Part shown: piece by piece, positions 25,192-31,898 of the stretch
Numbering within the stretch: position 1 is the first letter of the stretch
Layout of the letters: the number at the start of each line of letters is the position of its first letter
Source: a virus
Length of the DNA: 45,808 nt
Reading direction: 5' to 3' (one strand)
Virus record (IMG/VR): IMGVR_UViG_3300045988_088177
Location: 1-45,808 of that record
Translations under genes and position numbers: made by a program
Notes under the pieces: model-generated
What the model was told of the DNA's origin: nothing
Databases searched by the model: none
The model's input: the letters and a program-made list of their open reading frames with translations, nothing else

Positions 25192-25196
25192 TAATT

Positions 25197-25781
25197 CTAT
25201 AGTCGTTCTAGTTCTGCTTCCAACTCCATGATTTGCTTTCTGATAACATAACGCTTCCTATCTCTGACATAGTCGGAGAACATTTCGCAAGCCGGTTCCC
25301 ATTTGTAACCGCCAGCCGTTGATGCCGTCCCCTCGCAACATCTGGAAATGCAAATTGGGGTTACGCCAACGCTCTTTGCAGCAAGTGACTGGTTCGCCCA
25401 GATTGCCACGATTTCCCCAGACATGGTCGTTTGACATACAGGCTTTGTAGAAAAGTCGATGCCAAGTTCTTCTCTTGCGTGGCGGTTGTTATAGCCCTTT
25501 GTGCACCATTCCAAGTTTTCCAGAGAGTTGTTCAGTTTGTTCCCATCAATGTGATTCACACACTCATAGTCGTTCGGGTTCGGAATGAAAGTCAATGCCA
25601 AAAGTCGGTGAAGCTTGCAATCTTTCTTGCATCCATCTTTCGTCAGCGAAACAACCTTGTACCCGTGTGAGTTCACATTGCCGTGCATGACAGCTCCCGT
25701 TTTCTTGTTCCATACGCACCCGTTTTCGGATATCACATAGCTACCCTCATACCCTGGAATGTCACAAACCATCATATCCAT
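25197..25781 (-). CDS. HNH homing-type endonuclease (NUMOD4-like N-terminus plus HNH)
   Basis: IPGYEGSYVISENGCVWN (NUMOD4-like) and CVNHIDGNKLNNSLENLEW (HNH). Adjacent to terS. Confidence 0.85.
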   Translation of the reverse strand: MDMMVCDIPGYEGSYVISENGCVWNKKTGAVMHGNVNSHGYKVVSLTKDGCKKDCKLHRLLALTFIPNPNDYECVNHIDGNKLNNSLENLEWCTKGYNNRHAREELGIDFSTKPVCQTTMSGEIVAIWANQSLAAKSVGVTPICISRCCEGTASTAGGYKWEPACEMFSDYVRDRKRYVIRKQIMELEAELERL

Positions 25782-25784
25782 GCC

Positions 25785-26354
25785 TTATTTTGCCTCCTCC
25801 GCATCAATAATCTTGTCCGCATCAGCCCCGTACACATCTTCCAGATACTTCCGCCGCAGCTCCTCCGGGTCTTTGGATTCACCCAGGGGATTTTCAGGCC
25901 GCAGAACCACCTCCTGCTGGTCTGTGTAGTTCATATTGTTTTTCATCAGAAAAATTCCGGCAACGGGGTTAATCTTGCCATTTTGCATAAAATCTTCCAT
26001 CTGAGCGTTGATTAAATCCCTCGCTTTTTTGATGGTGTCACGAATAGAGTCGCTTAATTTCCTACTTTCTGGGTGATTATTGCACCATCTCCACATAGTC
26101 ATCCTGTCCACACCGAACGCCAAAGCGAACCCGGCAAAAGTCGGTTTCATATCGTTCTGAGCGCAAAGGTTAAAATAGTCGTAGCACCGTTCCTGTACAG
26201 CCTCCAAGCTATTCATATCCGGTGTTTTCCATTTCATGATCGTCATGGAATGGTTGATATACTTGGTATTGTCACCCGGCTCTAACTCAGGCAACTGATA
26301 CGGTTTCTTCTTCGGCTTATCCTCTTTCTTCGTGGCAATTTTCTTCTCTGCCAA
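25785..26354 (-). CDS. terS: Terminase small subunit (Terminase_2-like)
   Basis: TTG start after AAGGAGG. KPTFAGFALAFGVDRMTMWRW...INPVAGIFLMKNNMNYTDQQEV matches the conserved pattern of this TerS family. Confidence 0.8.
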   Translation of the reverse strand: MAEKKIATKKEDKPKKKPYQLPELEPGDNTKYINHSMTIMKWKTPDMNSLEAVQERCYDYFNLCAQNDMKPTFAGFALAFGVDRMTMWRWCNNHPESRKLSDSIRDTIKKARDLINAQMEDFMQNGKINPVAGIFLMKNNMNYTDQQEVVLRPENPLGESKDPEELRRKYLEDVYGADADKIIDAEEAK

Positions 26355-26418
26355 AGTCGTTTCCTCCTTTACTTTTTAAGTAAATTTAATATATACTTTA
26401 CTATAACACATACACACT

Positions 26419-26465
26419 ACAAGATATAAGATTTATATATATTATATATATTAAATATATCTTGT
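26419..26465. repeat. AT-rich palindrome upstream of terS
   Basis: ACAAGATATA (26419-26428) and TATATCTTGT (26456-26465) flank a pure-AT 27-nt core. Confidence 0.8.
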
Positions 26466-26478
26466 TAATAAGATAGGC

Positions 26479-26742
26479 TCACATTTCTATCAGCGTGAAC
26501 TTGCGCTTCTTTTTAAGGAACTTCCCCGTGAAGGTTCCGTCCGCCGTCCTGCCGCCGTTCACGAAAATAATGCAGTCCTCCATGCGGCTGATATAGACCT
26601 GGTATTCCTTCCCGTCCACCTTCAAGGTCCCTGTGTACTGGTCCTCCTCAAAATCGGCCTCTACTGTCCCGCCGTTGTATTTCGTCCCGCAGAACCGACA
26701 CGTGCGGTCTGTGAGAACGGCCCCACAGTTGATACATTTCAT
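26479..26742 (-). CDS. Zinc-ribbon protein (paralogue of 26756..27031)
   Basis: MKCINCGAVLTDRTCRFCGTKY, followed by a beta-rich domain. Confidence 0.65.
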   Translation of the reverse strand: MKCINCGAVLTDRTCRFCGTKYNGGTVEADFEEDQYTGTLKVDGKEYQVYISRMEDCIIFVNGGRTADGTFTGKFLKKKRKFTLIEM

Positions 26743-26755
26743 CTTTGTTTCCTCC

Positions 26756-27031
26756 TCACACCGACACCAATTCCAGATTCACCCGCAGCGTCGGCTTCGA
26801 TGGCAGGAAGCGAGCGCTTCTGTCTCCTATGTCCGTTACTTCGATTGTCTCACATGATACGCCAATGTTGATGTTTTCCACACACATCTTGGCCGTGAAT
26901 TCCTTTCCACGGTATCTCATTTTCACGTCGCAGACCTTCCCAGGCTCAAAGTCGATGATGTTCAGCAGCGTATAGCCGCAGTATCCGCATTTGTCTCCCT
27001 CTATGGGGGCACCACAATTTGGGCAGTTCAT
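26756..27031 (-). CDS. Zinc-ribbon protein (paralogue of 26479..26742)
   Basis: MNCPNCGAPIEGDKCGYCGYT, followed by a beta-rich domain. Confidence 0.65.
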   Translation of the reverse strand: MNCPNCGAPIEGDKCGYCGYTLLNIIDFEPGKVCDVKMRYRGKEFTAKMCVENINIGVSCETIEVTDIGDRSARFLPSKPTLRVNLELVSV

Positions 27032-27058
27032 TTGTTCCTCCTTTTACTTTCTTAGATA

Positions 27059-27122
27059 AATCCCTGTATATGAATATAATACATACACACAGGAATAATA
27101 TAATATATATTTAACAGGGATT
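27059..27122. repeat. AT-rich region bracketed by the 9-bp inverted repeat AATCCCTGT / ACAGGGATT
   Basis: Arms at 27059-27067 and 27114-27122. Contains an 18-nt element (27073-27090) that is 16/18 identical to 26400-26417. Confidence 0.8.
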
Positions 27123-27152
27123 GTATTTGACAGATAACCTGCACGGAAGCGT

Positions 27153-27716
27153 CTACGTTGGCTCCTGGTCGCTTTCGCTTTCCTCGAATCTGCACACGCC
27201 GGGGTAATCCACTACTGGGCAGAAGTCGGCACGTACTGGGCACGATGCGTTTGTGCAGACCTCTTCGTAGCACCATTTGCACCCGCCGCTCCCAGCGGCC
27301 TTGGTTCCTGTTGCCGTCTTTGGCGCATCTATGATCCCATGCCTGAGTTTGTAACTTTTCACAATCTCCCGGTTCGGCTCGTAGACCGTCTTGTCCCATC
27401 GTTCGGCCATGCGTTGAAATTCCGCACGGTCGTCTTTCTCTTTCGCAGCCCTCGACTTATTGTCAGCCCTTCCTTTGCCGAAGAAACAATTGCTTGGTGA
27501 GAAGGGGAGTGCGCTGTCGAATCTTAGAACAGACATTCCTAATTGGAAGCCGTTTGCAACGGCGTGTTCTAGGAATGGCCAAAAGGATTCTCTCCATTCC
27601 GCAGTTGCATCGTACCTTACGGCTCTTCTCCAACGGTCCCACAGATAGAACGCTTCCTCGTCCGTCAGTTTCCCGTCGAATTTATCAACGATTTCTTCAA
27701 TTTGCTTTATGCTCAC
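27153..27716 (-). CDS. Hypothetical protein with a Cys-rich C-terminus
   Basis: 187-aa ORF with C-terminal CKWCYEEVCTNASCPVRADFCPVVDYPGVC. Confidence 0.6.
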   Translation of the reverse strand: MSIKQIEEIVDKFDGKLTDEEAFYLWDRWRRAVRYDATAEWRESFWPFLEHAVANGFQLGMSVLRFDSALPFSPSNCFFGKGRADNKSRAAKEKDDRAEFQRMAERWDKTVYEPNREIVKSYKLRHGIIDAPKTATGTKAAGSGGCKWCYEEVCTNASCPVRADFCPVVDYPGVCRFEESESDQEPT

Positions 27717-27722
27717 TTGTTG

Positions 27723-27974
27723 TCACCTCTGTTTTCTTCCGTTTACCCATCTTCTGTGTTCTATGAACCGTTCCCGTTCCAGTTGCTCAGCGGCTCTCTT
27801 TATGGATTTTGCCATAAAATAATCCAGGCACTTGTCTGAGCAGCAAGGGTGGCGGTTTTTGCAGTTCTCACAGCACTTGAAATATTGCAGCCTGTAGTCG
27901 TACACTACGTCCACCCCCATAGGACTGATTTTGCCCAGCCCGGGAAGGGTAGGGCGCTTACGAAGCGTACCCAC
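27723..27974 (-). CDS. Hypothetical Cys-rich protein (start uncertain: 27974 GTG or 27920 ATG)
   Basis: Contains FKCCENCKNRHPCCSDKC. Confidence 0.45.
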   Translation of the reverse strand: MGTLRKRPTLPGLGKISPMGVDVVYDYRLQYFKCCENCKNRHPCCSDKCLDYFMAKSIKRAAEQLERERFIEHRRWVNGRKQR

Positions 27975-28084
27975 CCCAGGCGGTCGTAGTGGCTCCAGGC
28001 GGCGCAGAAGACCACCAGGAGCATGATTACGTCCAGCATGATTAAAAGCCCGTCAGCAATGTCACGGCGGCGGTCAGGTGGCAT
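27905..28084 (-). CDS. Small membrane protein
   Basis: ATG at 28084 is 8 nt after GGAGGTGGAG. Has one strongly hydrophobic segment (LLIMLDVIMLLVVFCAAW). Confidence 0.45.
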   Translation of the reverse strand: MPPDRRRDIADGLLIMLDVIMLLVVFCAAWSHYDRLGWVRFVSALPFPGWAKSVLWGWT

Positions 28085-28373
28085 CGGCTCCACCTCCATC
28101 CATATAGCGCACGTCCGCGGATTGGCCACGGCGCTCTCCCCGGCTGCAATAGTCTGAGTCTCTGGTAAACTTCATCCCATTTCGATGGATGCAGAAGGAT
28201 ATAGTTGCACCGGGCACGGCATAATACCTGCACTCCCGGCACCGCACCACCGGCACGGCATCCACGGTGGGGCAAGCATCAATTACTCCGCTCACTTCAT
28301 CCAACGGACAAAGCGCGGCAAATTCGTTGTCGTAAAGCATATCGACCAGTTTATCGGCATCAATCAACCGCAT
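28074..28373 (-). CDS. Hypothetical phage protein (MRLIDADKL... family, CxxC)
   Basis: ATG at 28373 follows GGAGGG. Its architecture resembles 29849..30160. Confidence 0.6.
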   Translation of the reverse strand: MRLIDADKLVDMLYDNEFAALCPLDEVSGVIDACPTVDAVPVVRCRECRYYAVPGATISFCIHRNGMKFTRDSDYCSRGERRGQSADVRYMDGGGADAT

Positions 28374-28386
28374 TTTTTTTACCCTC

Positions 28387-28662
28387 CTATACATCGAATT
28401 GATAATGCTCAAACAGCCATCGCAGGGCTTGTTGCAGTTCATCTTTTGTAATGCCGTTCAGCGTTTCAAAGGATGCAATTTTTTCAATGGCAAGGACTTT
28501 TGCCCAGATCGGGACTGTTTCATCGCCCATACGATATTTGAAAATGTCAAAGGCTTGTCCGAGGCTCAAATTCCCGGTACACGGGAATGGAATCACAGCC
28601 GGTTCTGGCTCATCGGTGATTTCCTGTGGAAATCCGTCCATTTTGGTTTGCAAGGTCATCAA
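28387..28662 (-). CDS. Hypothetical protein
   Basis: 91-aa ORF. Confidence 0.5.
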   Translation of the reverse strand: MMTLQTKMDGFPQEITDEPEPAVIPFPCTGNLSLGQAFDIFKYRMGDETVPIWAKVLAIEKIASFETLNGITKDELQQALRWLFEHYQFDV

Positions 28663-28991
28663 GGCAATACCTCCTCCGGCGGTTCGGGAAGCGGCATCCA
28701 GAAAAGAACTTTGGTATCTCTGCCAGAGGAAACCTCACCGCCCCAATTCCCGTTGTACTGGAATCCGATACCATATGTCTGCCACAGTCTGTTGTAGTTA
28801 CCGTACCGGAAATACTGGTACCAACACAAAACATCTTGCCCGTCCACTGGCAACCTCTCGCTGCACGGAATCCACTTTGTCTGTTTCAGCGCCTCCATGC
28901 CCATCCGGCAAGCCTCGTTTAACTCGTCCAGGCTGTCATAATGTTCCCGGTGTTCCGGGTTGAGAATTTCAATTGCTCGGTCAATCGTCAT
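28659..28991 (-). CDS. DUF551-like protein
   Basis: The C-terminal part (WIPCSERLPVDGQDVLCW...VLFWMPLPEPP) matches the usual DUF551 pattern. Confidence 0.6.
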   Translation of the reverse strand: MTIDRAIEILNPEHREHYDSLDELNEACRMGMEALKQTKWIPCSERLPVDGQDVLCWYQYFRYGNYNRLWQTYGIGFQYNGNWGGEVSSGRDTKVLFWMPLPEPPEEVLP

Positions 28992-29164
28992 TGTTCATCA
29001 CTCCAATCTAACGGTTTATGACACATCGGGCATTCATCCGGTTTTTCGTCTTTGGCAATAAGCCCCAGTTGCCGCTTACAGTGCGGGCAAAACGGAATGT
29101 TCCACCAACCATAAGTAGACCCAATGCGCCATTTTCTTTTTTTGTATGTTGGCTTGTTATCCAT
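28988..29164 (-). CDS. Small zinc-ribbon protein
   Basis: ATG at 29164 overlaps the upstream stop (ATGGATAA). Contains CPHC...CPMC. Confidence 0.5.
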   Translation of the reverse strand: MDNKPTYKKRKWRIGSTYGWWNIPFCPHCKRQLGLIAKDEKPDECPMCHKPLDWSDEQ

Positions 29165-29852
29165 TTTCACCCTCCATTTCTTTTCGTAGGGATTCTTTGA
29201 TATAGTAGTCCATCCCAAGTTTAAGGCACAGCCGCTCTGCCTCCTGGCCGAACTTCTTCCAGTCAATATTCGACTTATGGTAGTTCAGCTTTCCGATTTT
29301 CACTTTATCGATAATATCGTGGCAATTGGATAGCATATCCAGGACAGCGACCGGATTTATAACAGGCTCACAGGATACCCATGTACTGATACCGCACTCT
29401 TTCGCAGAGTATAGGTCAATCAGTCTGTCCGACGGCTCATAAATGCCATGGCTGGAGCCATCGTATGTAATCCCATACCAGTCGTTCCCATCCAATAGGT
29501 CAAAGTCTCGGCTTCCATCACCCTTGGTGAGGATCTGGACATTGTTCCCGCTCTCTTTGATGGCTTGGATGACGGCCATGGTGGTGGAAGTGTCGTAGCC
29601 CGTTGGGTACGGATCACAGGTAAAGCACAGGTGAATCAGCTGGTCTTTGATGTTCGCACGCTCCAACTGCTGCTTTAGGGCTTCCACCAGCCCAGGGCGG
29701 GGTTCTACATGGGTGTGAAAAGTTTCCCTGTCTCGGTGCAGCACATTCGGCGCAAAGCAGTAATAGCACCTGTGCGGACAGCCGGTGTAGATATTCACGG
29801 CATAATCGCCGTACTCCTTGGCCTTGCCTTTCGGCACATATAACGGTTTCAT
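29157..29852 (-). CDS. Radical SAM enzyme 1 (CxxxCxxC; SplB/'DNA repair photolyase'-like N-terminus)
   Basis: MKPLYVPKGKAKEYGDYAVNIYTGCPHRCYYCF. The ATG is coupled to the upstream stop (ATGA). Confidence 0.75.
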   Translation of the reverse strand: MKPLYVPKGKAKEYGDYAVNIYTGCPHRCYYCFAPNVLHRDRETFHTHVEPRPGLVEALKQQLERANIKDQLIHLCFTCDPYPTGYDTSTTMAVIQAIKESGNNVQILTKGDGSRDFDLLDGNDWYGITYDGSSHGIYEPSDRLIDLYSAKECGISTWVSCEPVINPVAVLDMLSNCHDIIDKVKIGKLNYHKSNIDWKKFGQEAERLCLKLGMDYYIKESLRKEMEGENG

Positions 29853-30160
29853 TTCAATTCCTCCAAATCCATTTTCGCACCGCAATGGCAGTAGGGGTAT
29901 CCACGGCAAGCCTCGCCGTATTCTCCGAGTTCCAGCAGATGGCGCAGATCAGTGTTCACTACCCTGCGACCACATACTGAGCATTCCAGGCACAAGGTCG
30001 ATTCATCCGAAAGCCGGATATTCCAGTTCCCATGCCGCACCGGCTCCACATCGGCGGCGGGGGTTCGATTTATCGCATCAGTTAAACTTGATATCGATGC
30101 AGGTTTCGGCATACTTCTCCAAACCGAAAATATTTTATCCCGGCTGATGTAATCACTCAT
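29849..30160 (-). CDS. Hypothetical Cys-rich protein
   Basis: ATG at 30160 is coupled (ATGA). Contains ...ADVEPVRHGNW...CLECSVCG...CHCG. Confidence 0.55.
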   Translation of the reverse strand: MSDYISRDKIFSVWRSMPKPASISSLTDAINRTPAADVEPVRHGNWNIRLSDESTLCLECSVCGRRVVNTDLRHLLELGEYGEACRGYPYCHCGAKMDLEELK

Positions 30161-30726
30161 TTCAGTTCCTCCACATAACACCAGCTCTGGGGCGGGCGCT
30201 TAATATGACCGCCATTTTCGCATAATGCACACCCAAATTCATCACACGTTTTGCCTATGCAGTTTTCAAACGGGCGTGAAAACTTGCTCAGCTCCTTCGG
30301 CGTATCGTAGATTTTCAGGTTGGAAATGTGCCATGCGTACCCGCCTCCGCCGCCCAAATATTGTTCGATTCTTTCAGTGCTCATGCAAGTCGCTGAAAAA
30401 TCAAAATTGGGTTCCAGCTCTATCGGATTATCCGCCTTGTAGGCTCGAAGTACAGGTTTTTTGCCGCTGCCAGAATACCCAACGTGCGTAATGCTATTGA
30501 TTCTGTCGCAAGTAAACTCTGCAAGGATCTTCCCGCGCCCACGGAATATCATGTGCCCGTCTTCGTCAATCCATGGGGTATCGCTCTTTCCTTGTGTCTC
30601 GTAAATATAGCACTTAAACGGAGTTCCAAGATTCGGACGGGTCTTTCGGATTTCCACCGTTTTCTCGTCGGTGACGATCTTCTGCACCCACTCCGGGCGG
30701 ATGCTGATAAGTACCGCTTTAGCCAT
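30157..30726 (-). CDS. ASCH (PUA-like) domain protein
   Basis: The N-terminus MAKAVLISIRPEWVQKIVTDEKTVEIRKTRP is the typical ASCH opening. Confidence 0.7.
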   Translation of the reverse strand: MAKAVLISIRPEWVQKIVTDEKTVEIRKTRPNLGTPFKCYIYETQGKSDTPWIDEDGHMIFRGRGKILAEFTCDRINSITHVGYSGSGKKPVLRAYKADNPIELEPNFDFSATCMSTERIEQYLGGGGGYAWHISNLKIYDTPKELSKFSRPFENCIGKTCDEFGCALCENGGHIKRPPQSWCYVEELK

Positions 30727-30955
30727 GGTCAGCCCTCCGGTTCCAGATTTTCACAGTCGGTGCGTAGTTCCCACAAATCATACAGGTCACGCCATGCCGG
30801 AACGTCTTTCGATACCACCGGATGATCTTCGGTGCCCCAACGGAACACGGCTTTCCGTAGGCAAGTATCCGTCTGCCGCATTTTGGACACGGCTTCACTG
30901 TGTAATTGCAAATGTCCGGGATTCCGGTTGCAGCTGCGTAATTTTCAAGTTTCAT
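30719..30955 (-). CDS. lar: Lar-family restriction alleviation protein
   Basis: ATG at 30955 follows AAGGAG. Contains CPKCG...CMICG...KIWNRR, the Lar-type zinc ribbon with the WNRR tail. Confidence 0.65.
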   Translation of the reverse strand: MKLENYAAATGIPDICNYTVKPCPKCGRRILAYGKPCSVGAPKIIRWYRKTFRHGVTCMICGNYAPTVKIWNRRADHG

Positions 30956-31013
30956 ATTATCTCCTTTCCGCCCGGGTTTCCCCGGGCTTTTAACCGTGTC
31001 GATTTCGATGCCT

Positions 31014-31859
31014 TTAAGTTCTATTCGCCCAGAAGTCCGCATATTTTCTCCCAACAATCACAGCGTTTGCCCATTCCCTCTGGAATTTTCGCCACGCCGG
31101 GTCACGCCTCCCTGTTTCGTCCCGGTAGAGCATGGCGAAGGGCAGAAATCCCAACTCCATGATTTGTTCGGCTCGTTTCTCCGCTGCATCCATGCTGTCC
31201 TCCGGATAGCCGCACAGCAGATAACACTTTACCTGGTGGCTTTTCCAGCTTAGCCCCGCATTATGCAACATGTCCGACATAGCCATTAAATGCTCGTAGT
31301 CGTCCATGGTATCATACGCCGTATACATCGTCTGTGGCCTAACGGACATAAGCTGCTCTGCCTTCCACGGGGTCATGTACTCCGGTTCCAGCCCGCCGGA
31401 AAATACCGGCCTTTGTTTTTGCCGTTTGAGCATATCGATCACGGCCCGGAAATGCACGTCAGAGGTCGCCAAAATGTTGTCGTCCAGGATGTTCCATCCG
31501 TCCCGCACTGGTAGCTCGATAACCCTGCCGTTGGCGCATTTTCCCACATCGCAGAACCAGCAATCTTTTGGACAGCCCCGGCTTGTGATCGTCATGCCCT
31601 CACGCAGGTACATTCCAGGGGTAAACGTGTCGCCCATCCGGTCGCCAAACGCAGGCCCACCCACTTCCACGGGAACACCCAACATTTCCCACTGGTAATA
31701 CAGCTCGTCGGCCTTTTCCAGGTCCCAGCTAAACGTGACAGAGATATGCACTTCCTCCGGCTCTGCTGCCATAGCTTCAATGGTCGGCGGCCCAAAGAAT
31801 GCCAGTGGATCAGTGGGCGACATAGATGTTTTCGTTGGAAATACTCTTGCTATCTTCAT
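31014..31859 (-). CDS. Radical SAM enzyme 2 (TSRGCPxxCxFC type)
   Basis: ATG at 31859 follows GGAGG. Contains MTITSRGCPKDCWFCDV (CxxxCxxC). Confidence 0.75.
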   Translation of the reverse strand: MKIARVFPTKTSMSPTDPLAFFGPPTIEAMAAEPEEVHISVTFSWDLEKADELYYQWEMLGVPVEVGGPAFGDRMGDTFTPGMYLREGMTITSRGCPKDCWFCDVGKCANGRVIELPVRDGWNILDDNILATSDVHFRAVIDMLKRQKQRPVFSGGLEPEYMTPWKAEQLMSVRPQTMYTAYDTMDDYEHLMAMSDMLHNAGLSWKSHQVKCYLLCGYPEDSMDAAEKRAEQIMELGFLPFAMLYRDETGRRDPAWRKFQREWANAVIVGRKYADFWANRT

Positions 31860-31873
31860 GTTTGCCTCCATAA

Positions 31874-31897
31874 CATTTCCGTGAGGCCACGAAAATG
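31874..31897 (-). promoter_or_regulatory. Conserved palindrome/hairpin, copy 2
   Basis: CATTTCCGTG-aggc-CACGAAAATG. On the minus-strand RNA the single difference from copy 1 becomes a U-G pair. It lies 14 nt upstream of the 31859 start. Confidence 0.7.
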
Positions 31898-31898
31898 A

